A stretch of DNA of 64,000 nt from Alphaproteobacteria bacterium (GTDB taxonomy: Bacteria; Pseudomonadota; Alphaproteobacteria; CAAHEQ01; UBA3637). This document shows, piece after piece, positions 10,894 through 20,659 of the stretch. The DNA lies in NCBI GenBank assembly GCA_045605805.1, contig JAZUQR010000026.1, forward strand, positions 6,101 through 70,100. The letters run 5' to 3'. The first letter of the stretch is position 1. Every line of letters starts with the position of its first letter. The notes below the pieces were generated by a model. It had not been told where the DNA came from. It was given only the letters and a program-made list of their open reading frames with translations, and did not search any database. A program made the translations under genes and the position numbers.

Positions 10894-13256
10894 AGAAAAT
10901 AAAATATCTATTGAATCGCCTGTGTTTTGTTGGAGCTGCATTGTTTGGAATATGGGGGTGTTCTTTTCTGCCAACAACATTGTTGTCAGAAATGGGAAAA
11001 GTGTTTTGGGTACTCTCTGGTTTTGTGTTGGCCGTCTTTTGTGTGCTATGCCTAAAACGATATAAGAAAACAGCCATGACGCTTGTGGTGTGTTTTTTAT
11101 GTGGGTCGGCCCAAGCCCAATTTGAAGATAGGTGTGCGGTTGTAATGCAATCTTCGGTGGAAGAGGGAAATTGGTGTCTGTATGAAGGAATGATACAAAA
11201 GTTTGGCAGTCAGACTTGTTCGTTTATGAAGAGTTTTAATCCGACTAAAGTCAGGAAACGCCAAAGAGACAGAGAAGAAATGATGGAGCGGATTGCCAAT
11301 GCCGATGGGATTTTGGATGCCTATAATGCATTAGATGAAGGAAGAAAAAACGCACTGGCCTTAAATTGTCAAAGATTGACCCCAGAAGAAACAGAGTTAC
11401 CTGTTCAAAAAAAAGTCGATAAGTTAAAAAATGCAACGCATCCTGTTTGTTGTGCCGAAAATCTTCAATCATTGTACCAGATATATAACAGCCAATTTTC
11501 CAGCCGAGATATTGAAACTTTGCCAACGATGTTGATGGATGAAAAAAATCAATGCTGGGTGTGTGATGTGGTGTATATTTTAATCAATCTGGCCAATACA
11601 ATGGCATACCGAGCCGCCCCGCAAATGGCCGTTGTGGGTTTGTTCTTTTTGAAGTGGGCCTTTGTGTTTTGGTTGGTGTTAAAAATCGGCATGTTGTTTA
11701 TGAATAGAAACATCAATGGAAAACCATACAGCGGAGGTACTTTTTTCCAAGAATTACTCATCCGCTTGCTGTGTGTAGGCTTGGCAGCCATTGTGATTAC
11801 GGATACAGCCCAAAAAGTAAATGATTCACCAACCAGTGCTGTGACTGATGTTGAAAAAGGAACCATGTTGGATGAAGCATATAGCAAGTTGTTGAATCCG
11901 CCGTTGGAGTTGATTGCCGAAGTTGGTATCAACATTTCCGATAACCTACGCAAGGGCGAAGGCACATTTTTTGGTATGGTTGCAGAAAGGGTTAAACAAT
12001 CACCGAATTACGGTTTTGACTTAAATACAAGTGATTATTGTAAAACCAGTTTTGATATAAAACGTTCCTCTTTGCAACAGAAATTGACAAGTCCAACCAG
12101 CAAAGCAAAAGAGGTGATGGATGGGATCTATACAGGGCGTGTCATAGGCGAAGATTTAACAAAAAAAATGTTATGTTTAACACAACAGGCGTTTCGTGGG
12201 GTGTCACCTCTTGCCACACTGGGATCGTTGTTTTTGACGGATGGCATCAAAAATGGTGAATCGTTGCCACTTGGGATGGGAAGACTGCCAAAGTTAGCCC
12301 AATGTATTTATGGTTTAGTAATGATGCTTTGTTGTTGGTCGCTGGGAATATCTGTGGCCTTCCGATTGATAGATATCACCATACGCCTGTCAATTTTTAT
12401 TTTGTTGGCACCAATTTTAATCGCTTTGGCGGTGTTTCCAATTACCCGTGATAAAGCAAAAGCTGGCGTAAGATTTATGGTAAGTGCAATCATGGGCTTC
12501 ATAGAAATTTCCATAGGTGTCGCCCTTGTCATTCCATTCTTCATGGGTGCCATAGCACGCACTGAGGCACAAAAAGAGGCCTTGCTTGATGCGATGGTGG
12601 CACCGTCCAGTTCCAAATATGTATCCAATTTGTATGATATTTTTTCAAGTGGCGGGTTTATCACATTTGTGTTGGTCAGTTCTATCTGTTGGATGGGTAA
12701 GTTTTTGTTAGATGCCTCACAAAAGTTCTTTAATCATATTTTTGGCACACAAAATGTGGGACAAATGGGTGGTGCCTCAATGGCAGGGGTTGCTGCGGAT
12801 ATGCGTGGTGCAATTGGGGGTGTGGCTGATTGGACAAAAACCGACCGTGCCAAAATGATTGGGGCGGCCGCCAAAAATACCAAAGTAGGACGTGGTATGA
12901 CCAAAATGCAACAGGGGATTAAAAACTCGGCTGCCGGAGCAAAAAGATATGTGCAAGGTAAGGCTTCGCAAGCCTCAAATTATGTAAAGAACAGCAAGGT
13001 TGGTCGAGCCGCTTCGGCCGCAAAAAATGGCGTAAAAAATGTGGGACAAAAGGTGGCCAATTCAAAGGTTGGACAAGCCGCAAAAACCCTTGCCAATTCA
13101 AAGGTTGGACGTTTTGCAAAGGGCACAGGCAAAGTGGCAGGAGGTGTCTTAAAAGGGGTTGGCTCTATGGGTAAAGAAATGTTGCAACGAAGTGGAAAAT
13201 TTGTTAAAGATCAAGCCAAAAAAGGCGTACATGACTTCTTCCATCCCAAAGAATAA
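10890..13256 (+). CDS. Polytopic membrane protein with CWVC motif and C-terminal KNSKVG tandem repeats (paralog 3 of 3)
   Basis: ATGA overlap. 'NQCWVCDVVYIL' motif. Repetitive Lys/Gly-rich C-terminus. Confidence 0.6.
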   Translation: MKKIKYLLNRLCFVGAALFGIWGCSFLPTTLLSEMGKVFWVLSGFVLAVFCVLCLKRYKKTAMTLVVCFLCGSAQAQFEDRCAVVMQSSVEEGNWCLYEGMIQKFGSQTCSFMKSFNPTKVRKRQRDREEMMERIANADGILDAYNALDEGRKNALALNCQRLTPEETELPVQKKVDKLKNATHPVCCAENLQSLYQIYNSQFSSRDIETLPTMLMDEKNQCWVCDVVYILINLANTMAYRAAPQMAVVGLFFLKWAFVFWLVLKIGMLFMNRNINGKPYSGGTFFQELLIRLLCVGLAAIVITDTAQKVNDSPTSAVTDVEKGTMLDEAYSKLLNPPLELIAEVGINISDNLRKGEGTFFGMVAERVKQSPNYGFDLNTSDYCKTSFDIKRSSLQQKLTSPTSKAKEVMDGIYTGRVIGEDLTKKMLCLTQQAFRGVSPLATLGSLFLTDGIKNGESLPLGMGRLPKLAQCIYGLVMMLCCWSLGISVAFRLIDITIRLSIFILLAPILIALAVFPITRDKAKAGVRFMVSAIMGFIEISIGVALVIPFFMGAIARTEAQKEALLDAMVAPSSSKYVSNLYDIFSSGGFITFVLVSSICWMGKFLLDASQKFFNHIFGTQNVGQMGGASMAGVAADMRGAIGGVADWTKTDRAKMIGAAAKNTKVGRGMTKMQQGIKNSAAGAKRYVQGKASQASNYVKNSKVGRAASAAKNGVKNVGQKVANSKVGQAAKTLANSKVGRFAKGTGKVAGGVLKGVGSMGKEMLQRSGKFVKDQAKKGVHDFFHPKE
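12985..13115 (+). repeat. Degenerate ~39-bp tandem coding repeat (KNSKVG peptide repeats)
   Basis: 'gccaattcaaaggttggac' occurs twice 39 bp apart, with further degenerate copies upstream. Confidence 0.5.
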
Positions 13257-13346
13257 GATTTTTGTCTAAAAAAAACATTTTTTTTCATTTTGTCTATTTT
13301 CATATTTGTTTTTTTGGTGTATAGTATCCCAAAAAGGAGAGGAACG

Positions 13347-14333
13347 ATGGAAGAAATTGTGTTTCCCAATCAAATCAGAATGATGCGTCGTGTGTCTGGT
13401 AAATCTATGCAAGATGTGGCCGACTTGTTGAATTTAAGCATTTCTGCGGTCAGCAAAATTGAAAAAGGATACCGCCGCCTAAACGAAGCTCAGCTGAAAC
13501 AGATTGCGGCTTTTGTGGATTGCCCTGTTGGTTCATTGTTTGTGGCCGAAGGATCGGCGCAACCGGAAGTGATTCAAGCATGGAAAGAAGAACAAGGGCG
13601 TCGCCATAAAATGAACGAGGGGGGCGGCTTAAAAACTTTGGGGGCAGGTTTGCGTTATCTGCGTGGCCAAAGAAAAATCACATTGTCTGCGTTGGCCAAA
13701 GGGGCCAATATGACCTTGTCTGTCTATCACCGTATAGAAATGGGTCAACGGGAAGTGGATGAAGCTGCCTTTGAAGCAATTGCTCGTGCTTTGGGGATGA
13801 CAGCCTCAGATTTACAAAAGCGCATCTATGATTTGGATATGTCCGGAGCTTTGGAGGATTTGAAAAATAATGAATCACGCACAGGCATCAATCTGTTCAA
13901 GGGGGGATACAATGATTTGCCGATAAGTCGCTTGATGCTAAGGCGTGCTGAAGATCAAGAAGTGACAGTGCCGATTGAAGCATTTCCGGCGCAGGATGGA
14001 AAAATATATCGGGATAAAACACATTCTGTGGGGGCTGTGGTTTGTCCATCCACTTTGGCGAATGACCCAGGGCTGTATGCCATTCGTTTGGGGTCACGAG
14101 AATCGTTTGCAGGTGTGTTGCCGCCAAGTTCTGTGTTAGTTGTTTCACCAACAATGCCTCTGCGTGATAGTGATTTGGCAATTTTCTTGAAAGAGGAAAA
14201 TGAAATTGAAGTTGTGCGTGTGCATAAAACCGAAGGGCAAGAGGTGCAACTGTTCAGCTTTGCCACCGGACAAACATACACCGAAATAACTATGAAGAAC
14301 TTGCAAAAAGTTGTTTGGATTGCAATGTTGTAA
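13347..14333 (+). CDS. Dual-HTH XRE-family DNA-binding protein with C-terminal ~150-aa domain
   Basis: Two HTH_XRE-like segments ('MQDVADLLNLSISAVSKIEKG', 'LSALAKGANMTLSVYHRIEMG'). RBS aaaggagag before MEEIVF start. Confidence 0.65.
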   Translation: MEEIVFPNQIRMMRRVSGKSMQDVADLLNLSISAVSKIEKGYRRLNEAQLKQIAAFVDCPVGSLFVAEGSAQPEVIQAWKEEQGRRHKMNEGGGLKTLGAGLRYLRGQRKITLSALAKGANMTLSVYHRIEMGQREVDEAAFEAIARALGMTASDLQKRIYDLDMSGALEDLKNNESRTGINLFKGGYNDLPISRLMLRRAEDQEVTVPIEAFPAQDGKIYRDKTHSVGAVVCPSTLANDPGLYAIRLGSRESFAGVLPPSSVLVVSPTMPLRDSDLAIFLKEENEIEVVRVHKTEGQEVQLFSFATGQTYTEITMKNLQKVVWIAML

Positions 14334-14342
14334 AGGGGAAGC

Positions 14343-14927
14343 ATGATTGATAAACAAACAGAAGTCCAAAATCAATTTCATTCTTTTTTGAAACAAAAGA
14401 ACGCTAAAACAAATGTGGCTATGCAAGAAGCCCAAAGGCTTGTCAATTTATATCGTGTGTTGAATGAATTGGGCGGAGATTTTGTGGATACCTATAATAT
14501 AATGCTTCAAAATGCATCCAGTGAAGCCAAATCCTCTTTGAATGCATTAGTGGGCGGGCAGGAAGTGCGTCAGTACCTTGAGTTTTTGATGGAAAAAAAT
14601 CATATCAAGGAAGAACAAGAAGAAGGTACAGCAAAACAAGTGGGATGGTTGCCGTCCCCCGAACAAGAAAGAAATTCACCCCAAAACCAAAACGGATATG
14701 CTGTGTCGCCTGAACAATGGGAACAATTTGTGGCACAGCAAGAACAAAAGTGGGCGCAAATGGTGGCCGATTTGAAAGAAGAACATAAACAAGAATTAAA
14801 TCGTTTGATGAACCAATTTTCTGTGGCCTTGCAAACCAAACAAACGCCGGCACAAGCCTATACGCCTCCGCCACCGGCTGGGCAACAGCTAGAACCATCT
14901 TATTCCGAAATTATTGAAGAAAAATAA
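14343..14927 (+). CDS. Hypothetical Gln/Glu-rich coiled-coil protein
   Basis: ORF in operon context, 9 nt after previous stop. Confidence 0.45.
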   Translation: MIDKQTEVQNQFHSFLKQKNAKTNVAMQEAQRLVNLYRVLNELGGDFVDTYNIMLQNASSEAKSSLNALVGGQEVRQYLEFLMEKNHIKEEQEEGTAKQVGWLPSPEQERNSPQNQNGYAVSPEQWEQFVAQQEQKWAQMVADLKEEHKQELNRLMNQFSVALQTKQTPAQAYTPPPPAGQQLEPSYSEIIEEK

Positions 14928-14936
14928 GGAGACAAA

Positions 14937-16226
14937 ATGAATATAGAACGCATTTCTTCTGCTTTACAAACCTATAACGGGCAAGAAGATTCTATGCACG
15001 CCGTGGTGGATGTCCTTCAAGAAGAATTGGGTGAAAACTGGACAGATGTGGTTTTTGAACAGTTGCAACAATTATCCCCTGCCTTAAAGGATAATTTAAC
15101 CCATGCCTATAATTATTATGCCGCCACAATTGCGTGGAATGAAACGCAAAACTATTTGATGGATGAGACACTTCAAAAAACGCCCGATTTGGAAGAAAGA
15201 TTGCCGATTTTGAAACATTGGCTGGATTTTTTCGGTGCGCCAGGACAAAGTGCTTATCAGGAATTGGAAAATAAGCTGAATGCTTTGCCGACAGGGGATG
15301 AAGGAACGGATGATGAAGAAGTTCAAATGCCAGAAGCAGAGGTAATTCCTGAAGAAGAAATCGCCCTGCAAGAAAGTGGGGAAACGCAAACAGAAGAAGA
15401 AATAAACGAATCCTTTGAAGAAGAGGAAAACGAAGTTGATGAATGGATGAACTCTGATCAACCAACGGGGGATTCGGCTGAATCCGAAGAAGAGTTAGAA
15501 GATGTGGCAGATAAGCAAGAACAAGATGAATCGGAAGCAGACGAAACAGAGGAAGCGGATACGGAAGAAGAAAAGCTAGAAATAGAAGAGACCCCTGCCG
15601 TTTTTGAAATTAAAAAACTGCAAAAACAGTTGAATTTGCTAAACCAAAATCAAGCATGGCTTTCGGCCCGTTGTATCCAACTGAAAGGTATTGAAGTCTA
15701 TGCATATCCCTTCTATGGTTTTATTGTTGACCTGTTGCGTCAAACTTTGAAAAGTATGGAAAAAATTGAAAAAGATGAAGAAATGACTGCTTTGTTGCCG
15801 TCTGTGTTTGAAGGGGGAAAAGAAGCCTTTGACAATAAGAAGCAAGCCATTGAACATGATATTGAATTGGCCGAACAAAACTGTGAATCGGCTACCACCG
15901 CATTGATTTCTGATGAAACAGATATGGACGAGGTAAGGCGGACATTGGGGGCTATTGATACAAGTGATACAGTGGAATATGTTGGGCCTGCTCCTGATGG
16001 TTTTGAGTTATTAGATGATGAAGCCCCGCTGGACGAAAGTGTCATCAAACAGCAATATGAAAAATTGGAAAAGATAAATGCTTTAACAGGACAAACCGAT
16101 CAAAAAGCAAATGAAAATAAAATAATTCAAGAAAACACTTCACAAAATGAAGAAAAAGGTGTACAACAAAGAAAATTATCTTTTTCGTTGAAACGGACAA
16201 AACCAACTGAGGAAGGTAGTAATTAA
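14937..16226 (+). CDS. Hypothetical highly acidic protein (Glu/Asp-rich central region)
   Basis: ORF in operon. Low-complexity acidic stretch. Confidence 0.45.
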   Translation: MNIERISSALQTYNGQEDSMHAVVDVLQEELGENWTDVVFEQLQQLSPALKDNLTHAYNYYAATIAWNETQNYLMDETLQKTPDLEERLPILKHWLDFFGAPGQSAYQELENKLNALPTGDEGTDDEEVQMPEAEVIPEEEIALQESGETQTEEEINESFEEEENEVDEWMNSDQPTGDSAESEEELEDVADKQEQDESEADETEEADTEEEKLEIEETPAVFEIKKLQKQLNLLNQNQAWLSARCIQLKGIEVYAYPFYGFIVDLLRQTLKSMEKIEKDEEMTALLPSVFEGGKEAFDNKKQAIEHDIELAEQNCESATTALISDETDMDEVRRTLGAIDTSDTVEYVGPAPDGFELLDDEAPLDESVIKQQYEKLEKINALTGQTDQKANENKIIQENTSQNEEKGVQQRKLSFSLKRTKPTEEGSN

Positions 16227-16242
16227 ACAAAAGAGGGGACTT

Positions 16243-17388
16243 ATGAAAAAAAAAGGTGTTTGGTTTGGTTTGATAATGGCTTTTATGTGGGCAAGTGCCG
16301 TATTTGCAAATGCAGATATCCAAAAAGTTTCACCTGTGGCACTGGTTGATTTTGAAATGCCGTTTCGGTGTACAACCACACAATCTGATCAAGCCGTGTC
16401 GCAAACAATTGCTTTAACATTGGATGATTTTGCGTTCCAATCGCTTCAAGCAGGGAATGCTTTGCCACGGTTTGCTGTGAACGATTACACATTCAAAGAA
16501 CAACCCTTGGATAAAGTGTTGGCTAAGTTGGTTGAATCGGCAGGCATAAAGGTCATGGCTCCCAAAACAGAAATGATGTTGCTGACAGCAAAAAATGTCA
16601 ATGGCGATTTGGCCTCTGTGGTGCAACAATTGACGGATGCAGGAGAAATGTTTTATAACTATAAAGAGGCTTCCAAAACCTTAACCCTGTTGCGGCGTGC
16701 GGATTTTGCTTTGCAAGTACCAAAAAACAAAGCCATCTTGATGTCTGTTTTAGATGCGTTAAGAGGTCAAGAGATTCAAAATATATCGGTTGATTTTGAA
16801 AAATATAAAATTCGTATGAATGTAAGCCCCGAAGAATTGAAGCAGGCAAAAAAGGTTGTGCGCAAGATTTTAGACGATGCCTATTTGCTGGCCGCAGATA
16901 TAAAAATATATGAGCTTTTTTTGCCCTATGCGATAGAAGGTCAATGGAATACCATAATGCATAAAGCACTGCCAATGATTGCCACAACAAAAAATGCCTT
17001 AACAGGGCGGGCCATGATTTTGAAAAATCATAAAAATTCAGACGATATTGTCCAAATAGTCAAGCAGTTTTATCAAGTTCAGCCTCTGGTCAGCGGACAA
17101 TCTGTTGTGCCAAATGGATGGCAAATGCGGTTTAATATCAATGAATGTACAACAACGCCGTTGCCTTATGACAACATGAGCCTGTTGATGAAAACACGCA
17201 TTCATAACGAAATGGATGAGCGCACCCAAATCACTATCGCTTCTGGAAATGAAGTGTTAACAACCTTTGATATTACCAGCAATTTGAATCAAGAAGTTGT
17301 TTTGTTGGGAATGCGTCAGCCAAATAACAAAGAACTTTTAATTACAGTCAAGTTTAATTTAATACGCTTATCACAGAAAGGAGAATAA
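16243..17388 (+). CDS. Periplasmic protein with STN/secretin-N-like domains but no obvious C-terminal secretin beta-barrel
   Basis: Signal peptide. 'FKEQPLDKVLAKLVESAGIKVMA' resembles secretin/TonB N-terminal (STN) domain. 'ADIKIYELF' and 'EVVLLGMRQPNNKELLITVKFNLI' are secretin-like. Confidence 0.45.
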   Translation: MKKKGVWFGLIMAFMWASAVFANADIQKVSPVALVDFEMPFRCTTTQSDQAVSQTIALTLDDFAFQSLQAGNALPRFAVNDYTFKEQPLDKVLAKLVESAGIKVMAPKTEMMLLTAKNVNGDLASVVQQLTDAGEMFYNYKEASKTLTLLRRADFALQVPKNKAILMSVLDALRGQEIQNISVDFEKYKIRMNVSPEELKQAKKVVRKILDDAYLLAADIKIYELFLPYAIEGQWNTIMHKALPMIATTKNALTGRAMILKNHKNSDDIVQIVKQFYQVQPLVSGQSVVPNGWQMRFNINECTTTPLPYDNMSLLMKTRIHNEMDERTQITIASGNEVLTTFDITSNLNQEVVLLGMRQPNNKELLITVKFNLIRLSQKGE

Positions 17389-17389
17389 A

Positions 17390-17980
17390 ATGACGGATTT
17401 CAAAGCACCGCCACCACCACAAGGATTTGCACCGGAACCACAGGTGCGTCCAGAAGCCATCACACCAACACAGCCCACCCCTGTGGCTCAGGAACAGGTT
17501 CAGCCTGTGGCTGATACTAAAACGAATACAATGTCTTCGCAAGCAGGTTTGTCGTCACAGCAGATTCAAGGTAAAGTGGCCGACCTAAAAAATAAGTATG
17601 ATGCTTTGCCATCTCAGAAAAAAAACATTATTCTTTGCGTGGCAACCTTTGTGTTGGGCATTGTGATGGGCTGTGTGATGTTTGGTGGGGCAGAATCAGT
17701 CACACAAGCCCCAACAGGTCTGCAAGGAGTTATTGGCAATTCCGATATACGACCGGACCAAAAACTGAAAAGATGTGGTCAGTCAGAAGCCTCTTCGGCT
17801 TGCGTATTGTATGTGATGAATTATTATACATACGAAAAATCGGCAGCCGATTTCTTTGAATTGGCAGCTTCCTTAACGGGACGCAGTATAAGTTCAATCA
17901 GAACGGATAATGTACGATACGCTTCTATGAAAATCCCACCGGGGTATTTTGTGCAAATCAAAGTGCCACGCTATCAATAA
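17390..17980 (+). CDS. Hypothetical bitopic membrane protein with Pro-rich N-terminus
   Basis: Start overlaps previous stop (TAAAATG). Single TM 'IILCVATFVLGIVMGCVMFGG'. Confidence 0.5.
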   Translation: MTDFKAPPPPQGFAPEPQVRPEAITPTQPTPVAQEQVQPVADTKTNTMSSQAGLSSQQIQGKVADLKNKYDALPSQKKNIILCVATFVLGIVMGCVMFGGAESVTQAPTGLQGVIGNSDIRPDQKLKRCGQSEASSACVLYVMNYYTYEKSAADFFELAASLTGRSISSIRTDNVRYASMKIPPGYFVQIKVPRYQ

Positions 17981-17983
17981 AAA

Positions 17984-18009
17984 AATCCCCGATGTTAAAG
18001 TCGGGGATT
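17984..18009. terminator. Bidirectional rho-independent terminator between convergent genes
   Basis: Hairpin tccccga-N8-tcgggga flanked by A-run and T-run. Confidence 0.55.
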
Positions 18010-18426
18010 TGTCCATGTGAAACATAAAGCATCAAAACTGCCCCCTTTTTCGTGATAATAATTCGGCCGTACACCGGTTTGAATAAAACCATGCTTTTTG
18101 TATAATTGAATGGCTGGTTCGTTGGTGGCCCGTACTTCCAAAAAAATATGGTGTTTGGATTGGTCAAAGGCCATTTGTTGAAGCTGTTCTAAAAGACGGG
18201 AAGCCACCCCATTGCGGCGTCTGTTAGGATGCACGGCCAAAGTCAAAATCTCTAAATCCAGACCCAAATCGGCACAAAGCACAAAGCCAAACGCATCCCC
18301 AAAGCCAAAAGTGGTGGGTAAATCCAAAATCTTGCGAAAGTTATCCTCACTCCAAGGTTCGTCAAAACATAAAGCATGAAGTTTGGCAAGTGGCTCGGCA
18401 AAAAAAGATTCCTTAAAGTGTGACAT
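17995..18426 (-). CDS. rimI: Ribosomal-protein-alanine N-acetyltransferase (GNAT)
   Basis: GNAT motif 'RRNGVASRLLEQL'. Directly downstream of tsaB as in many bacteria. Confidence 0.65.
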   Translation of the reverse strand: MSHFKESFFAEPLAKLHALCFDEPWSEDNFRKILDLPTTFGFGDAFGFVLCADLGLDLEILTLAVHPNRRRNGVASRLLEQLQQMAFDQSKHHIFLEVRATNEPAIQLYKKHGFIQTGVRPNYYHEKGGSFDALCFTWTNPRL

Positions 18427-19060
18427 CGGCTTCCCGTAAATACAGCGGATGCGGTTCTTGAACTAAATCTGAATGCCATAAAGCAATATGGGCCACATTC
18501 AAAGCCAATGGAGCAACAGGCGATATCACCTCACAGCCAATTTCGTCGGCAAGTAAGGTGGCCCCACTACCCACAGCTGTAAACGGTAAAGATGATTTCA
18601 AAGCCAGCTCATCCAACAAAGCCGGTTCGTTCAAAGGAACACAAAAAGCATCAAAATCTTGAACAAAATAATCGGCCCGCTTGCTGTCTAACACAACCTT
18701 TACCGGTTGATGAAGGCCATAAGCGGTGGCCAAAAAATTATTCACACCATAAACAGGAATGTTAAGAGCCAAAGCTAAGCCTCGTGCAGTGGCAAGACCA
18801 ATGCGTACCCCCGTAAAAGAACCAGGACCCACGGCAACCGCAAGACAAGTCAAATCTTTTGAAGTGCAACCATATTCGTCAAACAAGTTTTGAATCAAGC
18901 CCATCAGGCATTCCCCTTGTCCACGGGAAAGAGTGGAGACCAAACTTGCTAAGCGCCCCTCGCTGTCCAATAAAGCAACAGAGGTGCAATCAGAAGTCGT
19001 ATCAATGGCTAAGCATAAAGTTTTTTTTGTCATAACCAAATTATACGCTGAATCCCCCAA
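18413..19060 (-). CDS. tsaB: tRNA threonylcarbamoyladenosine biosynthesis protein TsaB
   Basis: 'LAIDTTSDCTSVALL' ASKHA-fold N-terminus typical of TsaB/YeaZ. Confidence 0.8.
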   Translation of the reverse strand: MGDSAYNLVMTKKTLCLAIDTTSDCTSVALLDSEGRLASLVSTLSRGQGECLMGLIQNLFDEYGCTSKDLTCLAVAVGPGSFTGVRIGLATARGLALALNIPVYGVNNFLATAYGLHQPVKVVLDSKRADYFVQDFDAFCVPLNEPALLDELALKSSLPFTAVGSGATLLADEIGCEVISPVAPLALNVAHIALWHSDLVQEPHPLYLREADVTL

Positions 19061-19130
19061 AAAATCAAGCCAGAAAACACCTCACTTGATAAGAAAATAC
19101 GATTTTTTTGTGAAAAGATGAAAAAAAATG

Positions 19131-19159
19131 TTGCACTTTGTTTTTTTTTGTGCTAGTAT
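19131..19159 (+). promoter_or_regulatory. Promoter for tRNA-Thr (TTGCAC-17-TAGTAT)
   Basis: Hexamers with 17-nt spacer; -10 ends 9 nt before tRNA 5' end. Confidence 0.5.
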
Positions 19160-19168
19160 ATCTTCGTT

Positions 19169-19244
19169 GCCGATTTAGCTCAGCTGGTAGAGCAACTGAT
19201 TTGTAATCAGTAGGTCGTTAGTTCGAATCTGACAATCGGCACCA
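19169..19244 (+). tRNA. tRNA-Thr (anticodon UGU), CCA-encoded
   Basis: Cloverleaf folded by hand: acceptor GCCGATT/AATCGGC, anticodon loop TTTGTAA, T-loop TTCGAAT, 3' ACCA. Confidence 0.9.
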
Positions 19245-19347
19245 TCTTTTTTATAAGAATTGGGTCGTTTCTTTTGAAACGGCTTTTTTTGTTGCTTTTT
19301 GTGTTTTTTTCGGCTATCATAAAATGAATGATTTTAAGGAGTAAAAG

Positions 19348-20646
19348 ATGACAACGCAATTGATTAAACCCGCCTCAATCACAGGTTTTCCGGAATATCT
19401 GCCGGAAGAACGCATTTTAGAACAAAAAATGTTGGATGAAATCCGCAAGGTTTTTGAAAGCCATGGTTTCTGCTCTATTGAAACCCCAGTGGTGGAAAAG
19501 TTGGAAGTTTTGTTGTCCAAAAGTGCCGATACCAACAAAGAAATGTATGTGTTGGGTCGTTTGCAAGCCGAAGAAAAAGAAGAAGCCAAAATGGGTTTGC
19601 GCTATGATTTAACTGTTCCCTTTGCCCGCTATGTTGCCCAACACGAAAATGATTTGGTGTTTCCCTTCAAACGCTATCAAATTCAACCCTGTTGGCGTGG
19701 AGAAAGGCCAAAGTTGGGGCGCTATCGTCAATTCACACAATGTGATGTGGATGTGGTGGCTCGTGAAAAATTGGCCCTTGAATATGATGCCTTGATGCCG
19801 GCCATCGTGTGTGAGGCATGGCAAAAAATTGGCTTTGAAAATATCATCCTTCAAATTTCAAACCGTAAGATTTTGGCGGGTTTTGCCACAGGTTTGGGCA
19901 TTGAAAAGGTGGGCGAAACATTGCGTGTGCTGGATAAATTGAAAAAAATTGGTTCAGATGCGGTGCGTGAAATGTTGGGCGAACTGAATTTGTCTAACGA
20001 ACAAATTGAAGCCTGTTTGAAAATTGCCGAAATCAAAACAAATGATTTGTCCTTTGCTGATAAGGTGCGTGCCTTGGGCGTTGCCAACGAAACATTGGAA
20101 TTGGGCTTGAATGAATTGACACAATGCGTTGAATTATACAGTAAAATGTGTTCTGTGCCATATTGTGTGGATATGTCGCTTGTGCGTGGGTTTGATTATT
20201 ACACCGGCACAACTTATGAAGTTCAGCTGGTTGGCACCGATTTTGCTGATTCTATTGGCGGTGGCGGACGGTATGATAATCTGGCCTCTACAATGACCAA
20301 AAGTCGCTTGCCAGGGGTTGGCATTTCCATGGGGATTTCTCGGGCCTTGGGCGTTGCCTTAAAATTGGGTTTGATGCAAACAGGGGCTAAATCTCCCACC
20401 CAAGTGTTGGTTGTCAATGTGGAAAGCCAAGACAAAACAAAAATGTTGGCTGTGGCTGAAAAGTTGCGAGCCAGAGGCATTCAAACAGAGGTTTATTTGG
20501 AAGGTGGAAAATTGGCAAAACAATTAAAATATGCCAATGATAAAAAAATCCCTTATGTTTGGTTTGATATTGATAACGCTGTAAAAAATATGGAAACAGG
20601 GAATCAGGAAATCGGCAATCCGGACGAATGGCTGCCAACAAAATAA
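19348..20646 (+). CDS. hisS: Histidine--tRNA ligase
   Basis: Class II motif 2 'RYDLTVPFARY' and HisRS architecture, 432 aa. Confidence 0.8.
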   Translation: MTTQLIKPASITGFPEYLPEERILEQKMLDEIRKVFESHGFCSIETPVVEKLEVLLSKSADTNKEMYVLGRLQAEEKEEAKMGLRYDLTVPFARYVAQHENDLVFPFKRYQIQPCWRGERPKLGRYRQFTQCDVDVVAREKLALEYDALMPAIVCEAWQKIGFENIILQISNRKILAGFATGLGIEKVGETLRVLDKLKKIGSDAVREMLGELNLSNEQIEACLKIAEIKTNDLSFADKVRALGVANETLELGLNELTQCVELYSKMCSVPYCVDMSLVRGFDYYTGTTYEVQLVGTDFADSIGGGGRYDNLASTMTKSRLPGVGISMGISRALGVALKLGLMQTGAKSPTQVLVVNVESQDKTKMLAVAEKLRARGIQTEVYLEGGKLAKQLKYANDKKIPYVWFDIDNAVKNMETGNQEIGNPDEWLPTK

Positions 20647-20659
20647 AAAAGGAGATAAA

